Shown here piece by piece: positions 1 through 12,937 of a stretch of DNA of 64,000 bases (within the stretch, counting starts at the first letter, position 1; each line of letters opens with the position of its first letter). Both the position numbers and the translations under genes were made by a program. The stretch comes from Octopus vulgaris (Eukaryota): assembly GCA_951406725.2 (NCBI GenBank), contig OX597816.1:108190001-108254000 (forward strand), given 5' to 3'. The notes beneath the pieces are model-generated. The model did not search any database, was not told the origin of the DNA, and saw only the letters and a list, made by a program, of their open reading frames with translations.

Positions 1-435
1 ACAACTGCTGGAAATAAGAGCTAAAAAAAATATGGATTCCGCTGAAGAGAAACGAAACCTTACTGGTTGAATTTCGAAATCATATGATAGATTCTTATCA
101 AATTACTTTATTCAACGAGATAAAACACGCTGAAGAAAGATGTTGTGGCTTGTCGCTTGCAGTACCTTTTGAACATCTCATGCGGTTGGTGATTTTGTGC
201 GGCACTTCGAGTTATATTTTTCAGTACTCATTTCTAGCAAATGAAGCTGCTATTTTGCACCCTTATTCATGTATTCTACCTTTTTGGTTTCTAGTTTCTT
301 TAGCCACCTATGTTATAACGTATTTAATATCTCATGATATTAATTTATCGTTATATCTTACTGTATGTTTATATATGTATATATATTATATATTATATAC
401 ATACATTATATATATAGATACATATGGGGGGGTAA

Positions 436-473
<38 letters not shown>

Positions 474-642
474 ATTTATGTATGTATGTATACAGACAAA
501 AATAAACTGTAAGAGATAGGCAGACAGGTTCTATAAAAATAGACCTGAAAAACCACTGATGATCACTTAATTATCTGCAAGTTCCAAACCAGTATCTCAC
601 TTTAATAATGACTTATACTTTTTCAATAAAAGCTTAATATGA

Positions 643-806
<164 letters not shown>

Positions 807-1098
807 ACTTGTATGTATGTATCTCTCCATAAATTTAGAATTTGGATATGGATATGTTTAACAGATGCATTTTAAAAGAGAGAAGTAAAGATTATCATTT
901 GCTTTGATCTACCCATAATTATCGTAATTTTTATGAATCCGGTTGGGAAGATATATAGAACTTAATGGAACTGAATTGAAGTGCACTTTCAACTCGTTTT
1001 TTTTTAAATATATTTCTATTCGTGTGAAATAGACGTAGACTTGTGTTTGCGTATATATGTGTGCTTGTGTGTGTGTGAATGTGCGTGTGTCTGTGAGC

Positions 1099-1151
<53 letters not shown>

Positions 1152-1627
1152 TTAGCTGAGTTAGAGGTTAAAATAAACGTCTAAGGGATAGAAGTATCCA
1201 TTACGCTACCGGTATATTACATATATTTAACCATGGGCATACACATACCAGCATATTATGCTCATAAATTATAGGTAAAGACAAGGATTCACATGGGCTT
1301 ATCAAGAATCAAAATTTAGATGGGATGCAGTCTATTTACATTGAATTAATAAATAATAACTGATGTGAGTTAATTGTTTTTCATCAATTTTTCTCCATTT
1401 TCTGTTTTTTTTATACGTATATATGTGTGTGTGTGTGTATAGAGATGAATATTATGTGTGTTTATGTGTGTGTGTTTGTGTCTGTATGTGTGCTTTCAAA
1501 GCCTTTTTCTGTGCTTATTTTTCGTGTTTATTTTATCTGATTCAGTATAATCCATGCGATAAAAAGTGTTGTAATATACTAATTATTTTTAGTATATTGC
1601 ATGAATTATATTGATACAGAATGATAA

Positions 1628-1685
1628 TGTTCAGAGGATGAATTTAGTAAACACAGCTGACTGTGCAACTGAAACGTGTGTAAAC
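1628..1685 (+). ncRNA. Degenerate minimal hammerhead ribozyme motif (core CAGAGGA instead of CTGANGA)
   Basis: gtt-cagagga...cacag-ctga-ctgtg hairpin...gaaa-cgtgtg-ta-aac; the GAAA-CGTGTG-TA end is the same as in the 2908-3014 motif. Confidence 0.4.
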
Positions 1686-1904
1686 CTTTCAGGCATTAGC
1701 GTAGTGTCCCTGTGTTGAGCATATCTGACTCAATTTGCATACATAACTTTTGAGACTGCTTATAACTTATAACACTGCAACGTATGAACGCTACAATATT
1801 CATAAGCTTCTGTGTGTTGCTTCATTCTCACGTCTTCACACCACTGTTGTATTCAGGTGCATACTATGTCATGACGTGTATTTGAGTTCGTGATGCTCGT
1901 TACT

Positions 1905-1942
<38 letters not shown>

Positions 1943-2189
1943 TGTATGTTTGTGTTCTTCTCTAACTTTATTTTAGGCATTGGTGATGCCTGTGCGTGGA
2001 TTGCACGAATACAAGTATCTTGCAAAGAACACTATAACTGGTATCTTTATTTATTTATATATTCTTTCGGCTTTGCTGCTTTCTTTTCATTTTATTATCT
2101 TACAGTGATAAAATAGTCACCTACGATCTACCACAATCACTCCATAAACATTCTCTCTCTTACTTTCTTTCTTACTTTCGTTCTTCCTT

Positions 2190-2226
<37 letters not shown>

Positions 2227-2634
2227 ATATATAAATGCAAGATCCAAGGATCGAGGTGTAGGAAGGAGGTGAGCTTCAGGCAATCCGTAGAAAATATAAA
2301 AAGACAACTTTCAGGAAAAATGATGTTTTATTGCAGTGGATGGTCGTAGATTTTTTCGTATGGCAGTACGATAAGCTGAAAAAAAAATGATTTTATACTT
2401 CACAGTAGGCTGCCAGGATTGCTAAGTATGCGAATGAAAATACGAGAGTTAAGGAAACTTCCGTGTGTTAACATGTACCTCCTTACGACAATGTAAACTT
2501 TATTTAATCAAGATACCCTTGGCCTGATGAGAAGCATGCGATATACACCCCATTTGGTTATTTACCAATTCCGAGGTCCCGTTGCCAGGAAATGTATGTT
2601 GCCCAGCTCTTGTTTACTCCATTCCTTAACTCTC

Positions 2635-2690
<56 letters not shown>

Positions 2691-2907
2691 CAGTTTGGGG
2701 GATTAATAGATATGCGGGTGTTCTATTTCAGACAATACAAAAAAATAATAACCTAATGAGCATATCAGAAGGTAAACTCGACGTATCTATTTTTCACATC
2801 ACGAAATAATACTTTAAAGGATATAACCAGTATATTAGCAGGGTATAAAATATACTTCTTTAATTATCTCCTACTTAAGTTAAAATAAAAAATGATCAAT
2901 TAGGAGG

Positions 2908-3014
2908 GAACTACACACGTTTCAGTATTGGAAGATTATAATATATATATATACATATAAATATACATGTGTGTGTGTGTGTAATCATCAGATTTACAAC
3001 CCATCTTCAGGTTC
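2908..3014 (-). ncRNA. Minimal type-I hammerhead ribozyme with extended, microsatellite-containing stem II
   Basis: Minus strand: GAAC-CTGAAGA-tggg...(CA)n/(TA)n...-GAAA-CGTGTG-TA-GTTC; stem I GAAC/GTTC; inner pairing gatgatta/taatcttc. Confidence 0.6.
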
Positions 3015-3879
3015 TTTTTCAAAATATCGTTAATCTAATTTTATATCACCTTAAAATTAAGCGTTAAATTAAACATTAAATAAAGCATCAAAAATTAAAA
3101 ATTATACTTTATAAAGTATTACAGCAACGAAAATATTTCGGCAAATTAAATTTAAATGTTGAATTGAATCTAACGGTTTTTGTGTTTTTCTTAAATGACT
3201 TATAAACACCTTCCACGCTGCGATTGTTTTCGTTCCAGCATACGATCTCAGATCAGGTCACTTGCTATGCAAGTACATCTCGAAAATTAAAAATTATAAA
3301 TTATACATTATGAATATGAATTAATATACATATATCAAACTTATAATGTCAAGTATATAATGTCAAATACAAAATGTAAGATATAAAATATATATCAGGA
3401 TAAAAATGTCAGTAGTTAAACGTGAAAAACAATATAAAAATGTAGATACATATCCTCCTTGGATGGAACCAAGATGTCTTTCAAAATGGCGATTGGAGGA
3501 AGTGAAGATAGCAGAGCACTATGAAAATTTATAGATGATTAGTACCAAGGGGGTAATTCCACTATGCATAGTTTAATTTAAATTATCTTCTATTATTATC
3601 TTCAATCTATGTTGAGGGATATATATAATTTTTTATAATTTTTAGCAATATTTAATTAATTTATTTATTTAATTATCTATTTAATCTATTCAAGTACTGT
3701 AGAAATCAAACGTGTGTGATTTGATTCAGTATTTCATTTTATCGAAAGTAAAATTACTTTTGTGTCTACATTTAACTCCTCGTTCATCGTATATGTTTAG
3801 TACTTTATCTCTAGACTGTAGCAGTTTCATAAATTCTGTTATACATAATAAACACATTTTATTTCCAATATTATACACC

Positions 3880-4375
3880 ACTTTCTGATAATCTACTAGA
3901 AAAGGTTATAATGAAAAAATACAAAGTAGTTCATAAAAATTATTCAGATAATATCAACATCATCTCAAACAAATTATGGGTAAATATGTTATTGAAAATA
4001 GAACTGAACCATATGTTCGGATGTATCCAAGAATAACGATTAAAGACCATAATGATAATTTTTACTCTAAACCCCAAGTAAGGCTAATATGCCCTAGCAA
4101 ATGAGACATAGGCAGACTTATTAATATTAGATAGATATATAGATAAATTGAATAGGTTAGGTAATCTTAAACTCTGGAATTGTACCCGTGACTCTACTAA
4201 ATGGTTTAATAATATTCAGGATAAAAATAGATGTAAATTCCTTCAAATTGATATAGAGAATTATTATTCATCTATTAATGAAGTGGTTTTAAATAAGGTC
4301 CTATCATATGTCATGAGAAAGGTACATATGTCATTTGAAGAAATCGAAGTGGTGTTGGCCACGAGGACATGCACA
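3880..4375 (+). mobile_element. Penelope-like element reverse transcriptase fragment (decayed)
   Basis: Translations TIKDHNDNFYSKPQVRLICPSK and LWNCTRDSTKWFNNIQDKNRCKFLQIDIENYYSSI match the PLE RT motifs (KDHKxNF..P..RLINP; W..T..VI.WF....FIQFDI..FYPSI); stop codons present. Confidence 0.8.
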
Positions 4376-4654
4376 AACAAGGTGACAGAGGTACACACAC
4401 ATATACAAACACACATACACATTCACACACATATACATAAAAACACACAAACACGGACATTGCAAACACATGAATATGCAGAATACATACATGCAAATGT
4501 ACACACATAAATAGATACATATGTACACACATACATGCATACAAACACATGCATAAATACATAAATGCATGCATGTATAGGCACACACACACTGATCCAC
4601 ACACATGCGCACAAACAAACAAAACGGAACTGTGAGTAACGGACAGATTCAAAA

Positions 4655-4777
4655 CTACTGACGAGCTTGCACGATGCAACGAAAATTTTAGAAAAATAAA
4701 GAAATAAGTGGAAATTTTACCGGTGAGTGTATTAAATTATAAGCACCAAAAGAGAATGACTCTCCCCAGACACCACA

Positions 4778-4779
<2 letters not shown>
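4655..4779 (+). mobile_element. Short PLE-type terminal unit: hammerhead (4655-4691) plus about 90-bp 3' end, abutting (TA)n
   Basis: CTA-CTGACGA-gcttgca-cga-tgcaac-GAAA-AT-TT-TAG; downstream sequence ending ...gactctccccagacaccacag(TA)n recurs at 12321-12449 on the minus strand. Confidence 0.7.
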
Positions 4780-4843
<64 letters not shown>

Positions 4844-5539
4844 TTGCATGCGTATACAAAAATACATAGACACAAATACATATATTTTAGATTTCGTATT
4901 AGTTTTCAAAATTCTAGTACGTTGAATCTATTGCCTCATAGAGTGAGATTTTCTTGTCTCTCTTGAAAGCATATATTCAGTATAAAACAGAAATATCGTA
5001 AAGTGGAATACTTCAAGACTTGCTTATAAGTTATTCTATGCCTCTTGTTTTACCTCTGCAATGCACACTTCTAGTTTGCAAATACTTCTGTAACATTTGT
5101 GTTTATACTCTCAGCATTTTGAAAAAGAAATCAAGGTCATGATGATTATTATGATGATGATAAACATTATCATATTATTATTGTTATTGTTGTCGTCGTT
5201 GTTGTTGCTGTTGTTAACACGACGGGTAAAAAGCTTAACGGCATTTCACTCGTCTTTACGTTCCGAGATCAAATTTGGAGTTTATATGACTGATTTAGTC
5301 TTTGCTCCAAAATTTCAGGACTTGAAAGGATTTTCACACCAGTCTCTTAAGCAGCCGGTTTCCGACCTACTTTCAGTAGCTGGATCGCAAGAATGCTTAT
5401 TGGCGTCTGCTCAGTAGTAAAAGTAAATAACCACCTCTCAGGGCTGCTTCATACCTTGCGCTCGATCCGTCTGGGGTGTCCTCTCTCATCTCTTCTATAC
5501 GTTCTGGCACGCGAGGGGTATCTCTTTCGAACTGTGATG

Positions 5540-5636
5540 TAGAAGACCCTTGCCCAAAGTGCCACGCTGTGGGACTTAACCCGGCACAATGTAGTTGGGA
5601 AGCAAGCTTCTTGGCACACAGTGATGCCAGCGCCTA
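5540..5636 (-). mobile_element. CORE-type tRNA-SINE, 5' fragment
   Basis: Reverse complement matches the head and CORE (gcgtggcactttgggcaagggtcttcta) of the full copy at 55758-56152. Confidence 0.75.
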
Positions 5637-5791
5637 TGTATGCATTTATCGCGTTCCAATGTCTCTACCGTTTTTTTCTCCCCATCCTTTATTTAAATTG
5701 CAGCACAAATTGTTGTCTGTCCTTGTGATGTCCCCTTATCTGTGCCCCTGTGGCTAATAACAAAAATTATTATTGTTGCTTTTGTTCTTGC

Positions 5792-5845
<54 letters not shown>

Positions 5846-5854
5846 CAATCTTAT

Positions 5855-6248
5855 GAGGCGGCGAGCTGGCAGAAACGTTAGCACGCCGGGCTAGTGCTTA
5901 GCGGTATTTCGTCTGCCGTCACGTTCTGAGTTCAAATTCCGCCGAGGTCGACTTTGCCTTTCATCCTTTCGGGGTCGATTAAATAAGTACCAGTTACGCA
6001 CTGGAGTCGATATAATCGACTTAATCCGTTTTTCTGCCCTTGTTTATCCTCTCTGTGTTTAGCCCCTTGTGGGTAGTAAAGAAATAGGTATTTCGCCCGT
6101 CGCTACATTCTGAGTTCAAATTCCGCCGGGGTCGACTTTGCCTTTCATCTTTTAGGGGTCGATAAATTACATACCAGTTACGCTCCAGGGTCGATGTAAT
6201 TGACTAACCCTCTGTCCTAACATTCAGGCCTTGTACTTCCAGTAGATA
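5855..6248 (+). mobile_element. Dimeric tRNA-derived SINE with gccgaggtcgactttgcctttcatcctttcggggtcgat body; first monomer ends in a Tx1-like tail
   Basis: A-box-like agctggcagaa, B-box gagttcaaattcc, body repeated at about 5925 and 6105; many related copies in window. Confidence 0.85.
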
Positions 6249-6269
6249 GTATTACTCTTATTATTATCA

Positions 6270-6812
6270 TTGAGTGAAAGAGCAGTGCATGTCATCAAAG
6301 TGACACTGGGGTAAAATATACGAAGCCCAGAATACCCATCATGACCACCCATCTGATAAGAGTACACCAGGCACATGCATTACAATCATATGTGCGCTAC
6401 ATAGTGATCTCATATCAAGATAAACAGCGCATGACCTTGCAGATGGGACCCAGTTAGAATTTTCGTCAGGTCGAGTACCCCATCCCGCTCAAAAGGTATC
6501 TGAATAAGGGTTGTTTAAGGATGTTGAATGAAACACCCATGTTTCCAGAGGTGAATTATCCAAACCCCCAAAGAATTCCTCTCAAAACATGGCTATGATG
6601 TTCCCCCACTACCTCTGCTCGTGATCGGAAATGCACATACCGTCAGCCACTAATGGATATTGCTCAACTGGTTATGGTCAAACAACTGACAAGCAAATTT
6701 GTAGTATTGAGCAGAATATTTACTGCAAGCCATCTTTTACACCAAGTCAAAACAATGTACCTGATAACACTTCCAGTCAGTTAAGATCGGAAACCATGAG
6801 AGCTACTGCCTG

Positions 6813-6814
<2 letters not shown>
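6270..6814 (-). mobile_element. About 545-bp non-coding interspersed repeat bounded by (TTA)n; probably non-autonomous and (TAA)n-targeting
   Basis: Partial copies at 19758-20030 and about 33870-34010, all adjacent to (AAT)n/(TTA)n; orientation is inferred. Confidence 0.65.
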
Positions 6815-6877
<63 letters not shown>

Positions 6878-6879
6878 TA

Positions 6880-7335
6880 TTGTCTTTGCACACCTTCTAA
6901 CGCTGGAGATGTAATACGGTGGCAGCTGTTCACTACCTGTGAACCCCTTATTTTTCGAGCACCATCCGGAGTGTTCGTATGGTTCTAAGCAGTGCTGGTT
7001 TCTGCAAGTGCTCCACCCTTATTGCAGCCCCTATTTGTTCCATGTACTTTTAAAGAGTTTTACTCACTGTTCCCAGGGCTCCGACAATTATTGGTACTAC
7101 TACCACCTTTTTCAGCGATTACAACTGCTTGACCTCCCAAGCTAACCTGTCATATCTCTCGACTTTTCTTTCTTGCTTATCGTATGCCTTGTTGTCAGCT
7201 GGGTATGCTCATATCTATGATCGAGCAAATTTGTATTCTTTCTCAATTAACACTATATTTGGTTTCCTCCTCTCTATCTCATGGTCGCACTGAATCAAAA
7301 ATCCCATAGGATCTTTGCATTATCATTTTCGATAA
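6880..7335 (-). mobile_element. R4/Dong-clade non-LTR retrotransposon, 5'-truncated 3' fragment (restriction-like endonuclease C-terminus)
   Basis: Minus-strand peptides ENDNAKILWDF, KPNIVLIEKE, VVVPIIVGALGTV, LQKPALLRTIRTLRMVLEK*; 3' end runs into (TAA)n. Confidence 0.85.
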
Positions 7336-7378
7336 CACTTCCAGTCAGTTAAGATCGGAAACCATGAGAGCTACTGCC

Positions 7379-7435
<57 letters not shown>

Positions 7436-8590
7436 CACTTTCCTTTAAATAAACGTAGAAAGTCTTGATTTTATATTTAGGCTAATTAATGCTTCGTACG
7501 GCCCATTTAATTCTTCTGTATTGCTAGTGGATTATATATTATTATATCTAATCCATTTTTCGCCTTGGCTCTAAGCTAGTCGTTCTACATGCTTTGAAAT
7601 AGTAAAGAAATCTCATTCAAATCCTCCAAAAACAAAACAAAAAAAGAACAGACCAATGCCATCTAATGACATATTCAAATTTGCCTCTATGGATTAAATT
7701 CCACATTTAGACACGTTTTATGGATTTTCTTCATTGTTTTTTTTTTCTCTTTTTTACCTTTTATTCTTTTTACTTGCTTTTTACATGTTTCAATCTTTGA
7801 TTTCGATCACATACAGAGAGAGTTATCTTGCCTGGTTTGAACTATTCTGTGATCCTAAACACTCGGCGTCTTAAAGGGACTTTCTCCTCTGGTGCTATCC
7901 CGCAGCTAAGCAAAACACATACACTAAGTATGTAAAATCAATAATTGATATGTATAAATACACAGACACACACACGTATATATATACATTCACGACGAGC
8001 TTTTTTCAGCCTCCGTCAACCAAGTCCACTCACAAGATTTTGATCGGCCCAGAACGCAGTCAGATCGAATCATTGTAACACAATGTCATGTCTGAATTAA
8101 ATAATAAAGCATTCGTATCATCTCTCGAGTTTGATGATACATTCGTCTCTAAGCTTCAAGAATCCCTCTAATCGATCCCTGGACATTGTCCTTTCATCTG
8201 TATTCTTCGTAGGTATACTATGCTCGCAGAAGAGACAAGATTATCGTGGTTGTGTACTTTTTGGTTCTTGGTATACTTAAAAAGATCTGACTCGGAATTA
8301 AACAATAAAAATAAGAACTCTAAGAAACTAGTTGTATTTTTAAAACAAAAAGTAATAACATATTGCAGTTGATGTCTTCCGCTCTTAACCCAATGCTTAG
8401 CTTAAAATTTAAAAAAAACACCTACGGTGCTTTCTTTTATTTACAGTAATAGATAGAAGGAAAATAAGATAGAAAAGGTTGAAAATCAACGGAAAGCAGT
8501 TAATTGTATTTAGTGTTTTATTTTCTCTAGTTATTTTTATACAATCTTTCCAAATAAAGCAAACATTCAGCATCGTTGCTCAGCCTTGGT

Positions 8591-8720
8591 TTCATGGGAA
8601 AAAATTCATGGAAAAATAAGATTCATGGAAAAAAGATTCACGGAAAAAGATTCATGGAAAAAAAAAAGATTCATGGAAAGAAAGATTCAGAGAAAAGAAA
8701 AAAGATTTATGGAAAAAGAG
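8591..8720. repeat. Minisatellite, about 8 imperfect copies of GATTCATGGA(A)n
   Basis: Directly visible tandem units of 14-20 bp. Confidence 0.85.
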
Positions 8721-11496
8721 ATAAATTCGGAGGGATATAAATAAAATGAAATAGCTTTAACTGAGAACCGTAAACGGGTAGTTAAGTCGACTTATAATCT
8801 TAAGATCTGGTTGCATAACTTTTCTCGGGGTAGGTGAAAACAGGAACAACTAATTAGCGTGGCGATATGATATAAACTGAAGTTCATTTTGGTCTTATAC
8901 AATAAAAATAAATACATAAAAATAATTATCTTGTAACAAATTCCTGCTGGAGGGAAGACAATTAAATTGATCCAATTATTTCATTGACATTACTTTATCA
9001 ACTACGAAGTAATATTAGTGGAATTCGAACTCGACTGCATTTCAACTCAAAACGAAAAAAACTAAACCTTCATCGGAAGGTCACACTCTCCACTTATCCA
9101 CTTATCTACACAGAGCCTTTGTCCAGCCCCAAAAGTGGAATCAAATATGAATGAATTTGTTACTGTGATGAGAAGACATAAATTATATTTTCTTCAGAAC
9201 CCATTTTTTCCCTCGGAGAATCACAACTACTTTATTGTTTTATATCATAAATATATAAACTCGTATATTTATCAATAGTGTGGTATACTTTGTTTTAGAC
9301 ACACACACACACATACACACACATACACATGCGCGCGCGCGTGTGTATCATTACTTAGACAAAATCCGTGCGATTTATTTATGTGGTGCTTTCGATATAC
9401 GAGGATTTTTATCGCCACTAGAGTCTATTGGGATATTACAGTGGCCTGAGGTCAGCAGAACTTCCGAGACGACATATTTTTTAAAAATATGTTTGGGACA
9501 TATTTCATTACCCATGGAGAAACTAAAAAGAAAAAAAACTCCGATAACATTTCAAAAAAGGAATGTAATGTAAAGAGACTGAATTATGTAAGGCAGTTGT
9601 TTATTGTTTTATCGTTTCTATTTCTTTGTCGCCTTTGGTAAACAGAAGAACAATGCTTTCACCCCATTGGCATATTACAATGACACATTTATTGTAAATG
9701 AATGATAAAGGGGATTTGGTTGACTCGAGTACTTGACTGATAAATAGCTAATGTTCAATGGAAGTGATGAAGTGCAGAGTTATGCTTCCACATTGATAAA
9801 CTAAAGAGAAGTACAAGTAATCATATTCTTTATATTCAGTACCAGACTTCTATAACGGGAAAAATAATTAGTTCACTATTAGTTCAGCTCTCATATCTTA
9901 CTGGTATACATCTTATCAATCCTCCTAGAAAAACAGGATTTGAAAGGCAAAAGAAGAAACAAGAGATACTGAATAAAAGTCAGTTCTTATTTAACCCTGG
10001 GTTACATAGCAACTATCTTTCCCATGGTCTTTTATTCATACTGCGATTCTACTGTAATATAGAGTAATATGTGGATTTTTCGTTTTTTAAAGGAATTTTG
10101 ACTGGTATTGCAATTAGGTCTGTCACTACATAAAGGTTCTGGAGTTATACTATATCAGATTTGCATGAATGTATGTTTCTTGAAATCTGCAGTGGTCTGT
10201 GGAAAATGTTAATACTATCTAGTCAACGAATAGCAGTTTGATTATAGACAAGCTAATTCAAAACTATTAGACACAGTGATTTATGACTCCACATACGTCT
10301 TCAGTGCATCTTTAATGTATGCTAATAGTCTTGCGGCATGGTTGTGCTCCCGAGACTGGTAGAAAAAAACCCCACGATTCTAGAGTTGTTACAGTGGGAA
10401 AATGGGGTATCAGGATATTGAGTTATCAGCAGGTCTGCATCCTAGTGCCGTCGGTTGATGAAATGTGGATGGTAGTTTGGGTATATTACCCATAAACATG
10501 CTTCATCCAACGGGCTTCCGTACAATTCCCGTATATACATTTTCTCTTATAGGTTGGAATTTCTCTAGGTTAAAGTAAAGGACATATATGTAAGGTTTCG
10601 TACAGTGATGTGTACAGTAGCATCGAATCTGGAAACAAATGATTGCGAAGTAAACTTTTGAAACACTCGGCCTTGTCTGCGTCCACAATTTCTTTCAGCG
10701 ATGTTATTAATGTTAAGAGTGAAGTAAAATGTCACTAGCCTGAACAGAAATCTATACATGTATACAGTTTTTCTGGAACCTAACCTACTACTCTCTAATA
10801 ATCGATTTGCTCAGTAAATAGAATCCCACGGCACATAAATAAAAAGTTAATAACAGCGAGCCTGAAACAATCCATCGACAAATCACTTGTATAAGTATAC
10901 TATTCGCTCAGTATTCTTTTCCGAATGCTAATGCATTCAACAATTTCGTCCTCCTCATTTAAGCAGTGAAAGTCACGGGAGGATTTAAAGCTGTGAGGCA
11001 GCATACATATCTAATAAACATATGTATCAGAAAATCGATCAGTACGATATTGGAAAGAGAACAAAAACGAAATGCTGTCTAGGAATGCTAGAATTCTGTC
11101 GGTTTAGTTGACAGCATGTAAAATAAAAATTCTTTGGTAGTATTAATCATAAAATGATGGAATTATATTCTTGTATGCTGTTGTCAAGTTCTTTGTCAGT
11201 TGTGAGGTGGGTGTCGATGTTAGATTATGTCTTGATGAGATATTTTATTACTTACATTTCGTTCCAATATTTTTTAGACTTCGATCCCTTCTCCTCTCTC
11301 TATCACACAATTTCTGTGTATATATACATGAATACACATATGTATGTGTATGTCTGTATACAAGTTTGCATGTGTTTGCGTGTTTGTGCACGTGTGCACG
11401 TAAACCAGTTTATTATTGGTAGCGAAAATCGTGTCAGTATACAGCATTATCTGGGAATGTTTGTGTATAGGTATGTATGAATGCATGCACATATGT

Positions 11497-11559
<63 letters not shown>

Positions 11560-12320
11560 CAGTCGCACATATTTAGAGAGATAGATATAAACTATATGTA
11601 CGAATATACATTTATGTATAAATACATATATGTGTGTGTGCATGAGATATATTTTATATGTATGAATGTATGTATGTATATATATATATATATTTATATA
11701 TTTGTGTGTGTATACACACATGTATAGAGAGATAGATGTATACACATGCGTATGTATGTATGTATGTACATATATATGCATCATATATATACACACTTAC
11801 ACACACACACATATATGTATGTGTGTGTATGTCTATGTTATTGTGTAAGTATTGATCTGTTCATTTTTGTATATTGTTTATATCAGAATGTTTCTGTGTG
11901 AATTTCTGGTCATACGATCATTAAATTTTCCACTTCTCTTTTCTGTTCTTTTCATTTCCTTGCATATGTTTCATCCTAATCTGCTGTATTAAGACCATCG
12001 AATGCAGTTGATTTATCTAGATTTCCAAACACTAATGCTTAAATCTTTAGAGTTCATATGTTAATTCGACCAGTTCATTGTTTACATAGTAACATTGCTT
12101 TCGTTGAATCTTGACACCAGCTCGCAAAACTTAAATTTCTGCATTAAACATTTGCCAACATCTGAAGAGTGAATGTGCTTCATGTACGCATCCCTGCCTC
12201 AACAAACACAATAGAATCCATACACATACGTAAACACACATGCAAACACAGACACAAATGTACGTATATACATTCCTATATATATACATAGATACGTAAA
12301 TACATACATACATATATATA

Positions 12321-12521
12321 CTGTTGTGTCTGGGGAGAGTCATTCTCTTTTAGTGCCTTATTATTTAACACACTCACCGGTAAAATGTCCACTTATTATT
12401 TTTATTTTCTAAAATTTTCGTTGCGTCTTGCAACCTTTTCAATAGTCTTGACTCTGACCGAACGGTGAGTGAGTTAAATAATAAGGCACTAAAAGAGAAT
12501 GACTCTCCCCAGACACAACAG
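12321..12521. mobile_element. Fold-back copy of the 4655-4779 unit: 59-bp inverted arms flanking a decayed hammerhead
   Basis: 12321-12379 is the reverse complement of 12463-12521 with one mismatch; spacer on minus strand reads cta-ttgaaaa-ggttgc-aagac-gcaac-gaaa-attt-tag. Confidence 0.85.
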
Positions 12522-12899
12522 AATATGCTTCAACACACGAACTCATATAAAAAATCTTGCAAACCAAATCCAAAAACGAAATATATATATATAACATATC
12601 TATATGTATATGTACAGACATATATATTAATAGTTATCGCCAAGCTGACATGGCAGTCCATAAAAATAGGACGAATGCTGCCGTTGATTATCTCCAAGAC
12701 GCCATCGCCTCTAGCTAGCTATGTGACACAAATCTGTATCCATTATAACCTTCGAACAGCAACTTCCCCTTACTTGTTTGGCAACAACAGACTAGTTTCG
12801 AGGTAGTTACCTCTTATCATTGTTGAATAGTGTTTGCGTTCTTCAGTATATATGCACACATTTACTTATATGCTTATATAAACACACACACACACTTGC

Positions 12900-12933
<34 letters not shown>

Positions 12934-12937
<4 letters not shown>

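Noticed and set aside
8591-8720. CRISPR-like spaced repeats
   Set aside because: Units are separated only by A-runs, there are no unique spacers or cas genes, and the context is eukaryotic
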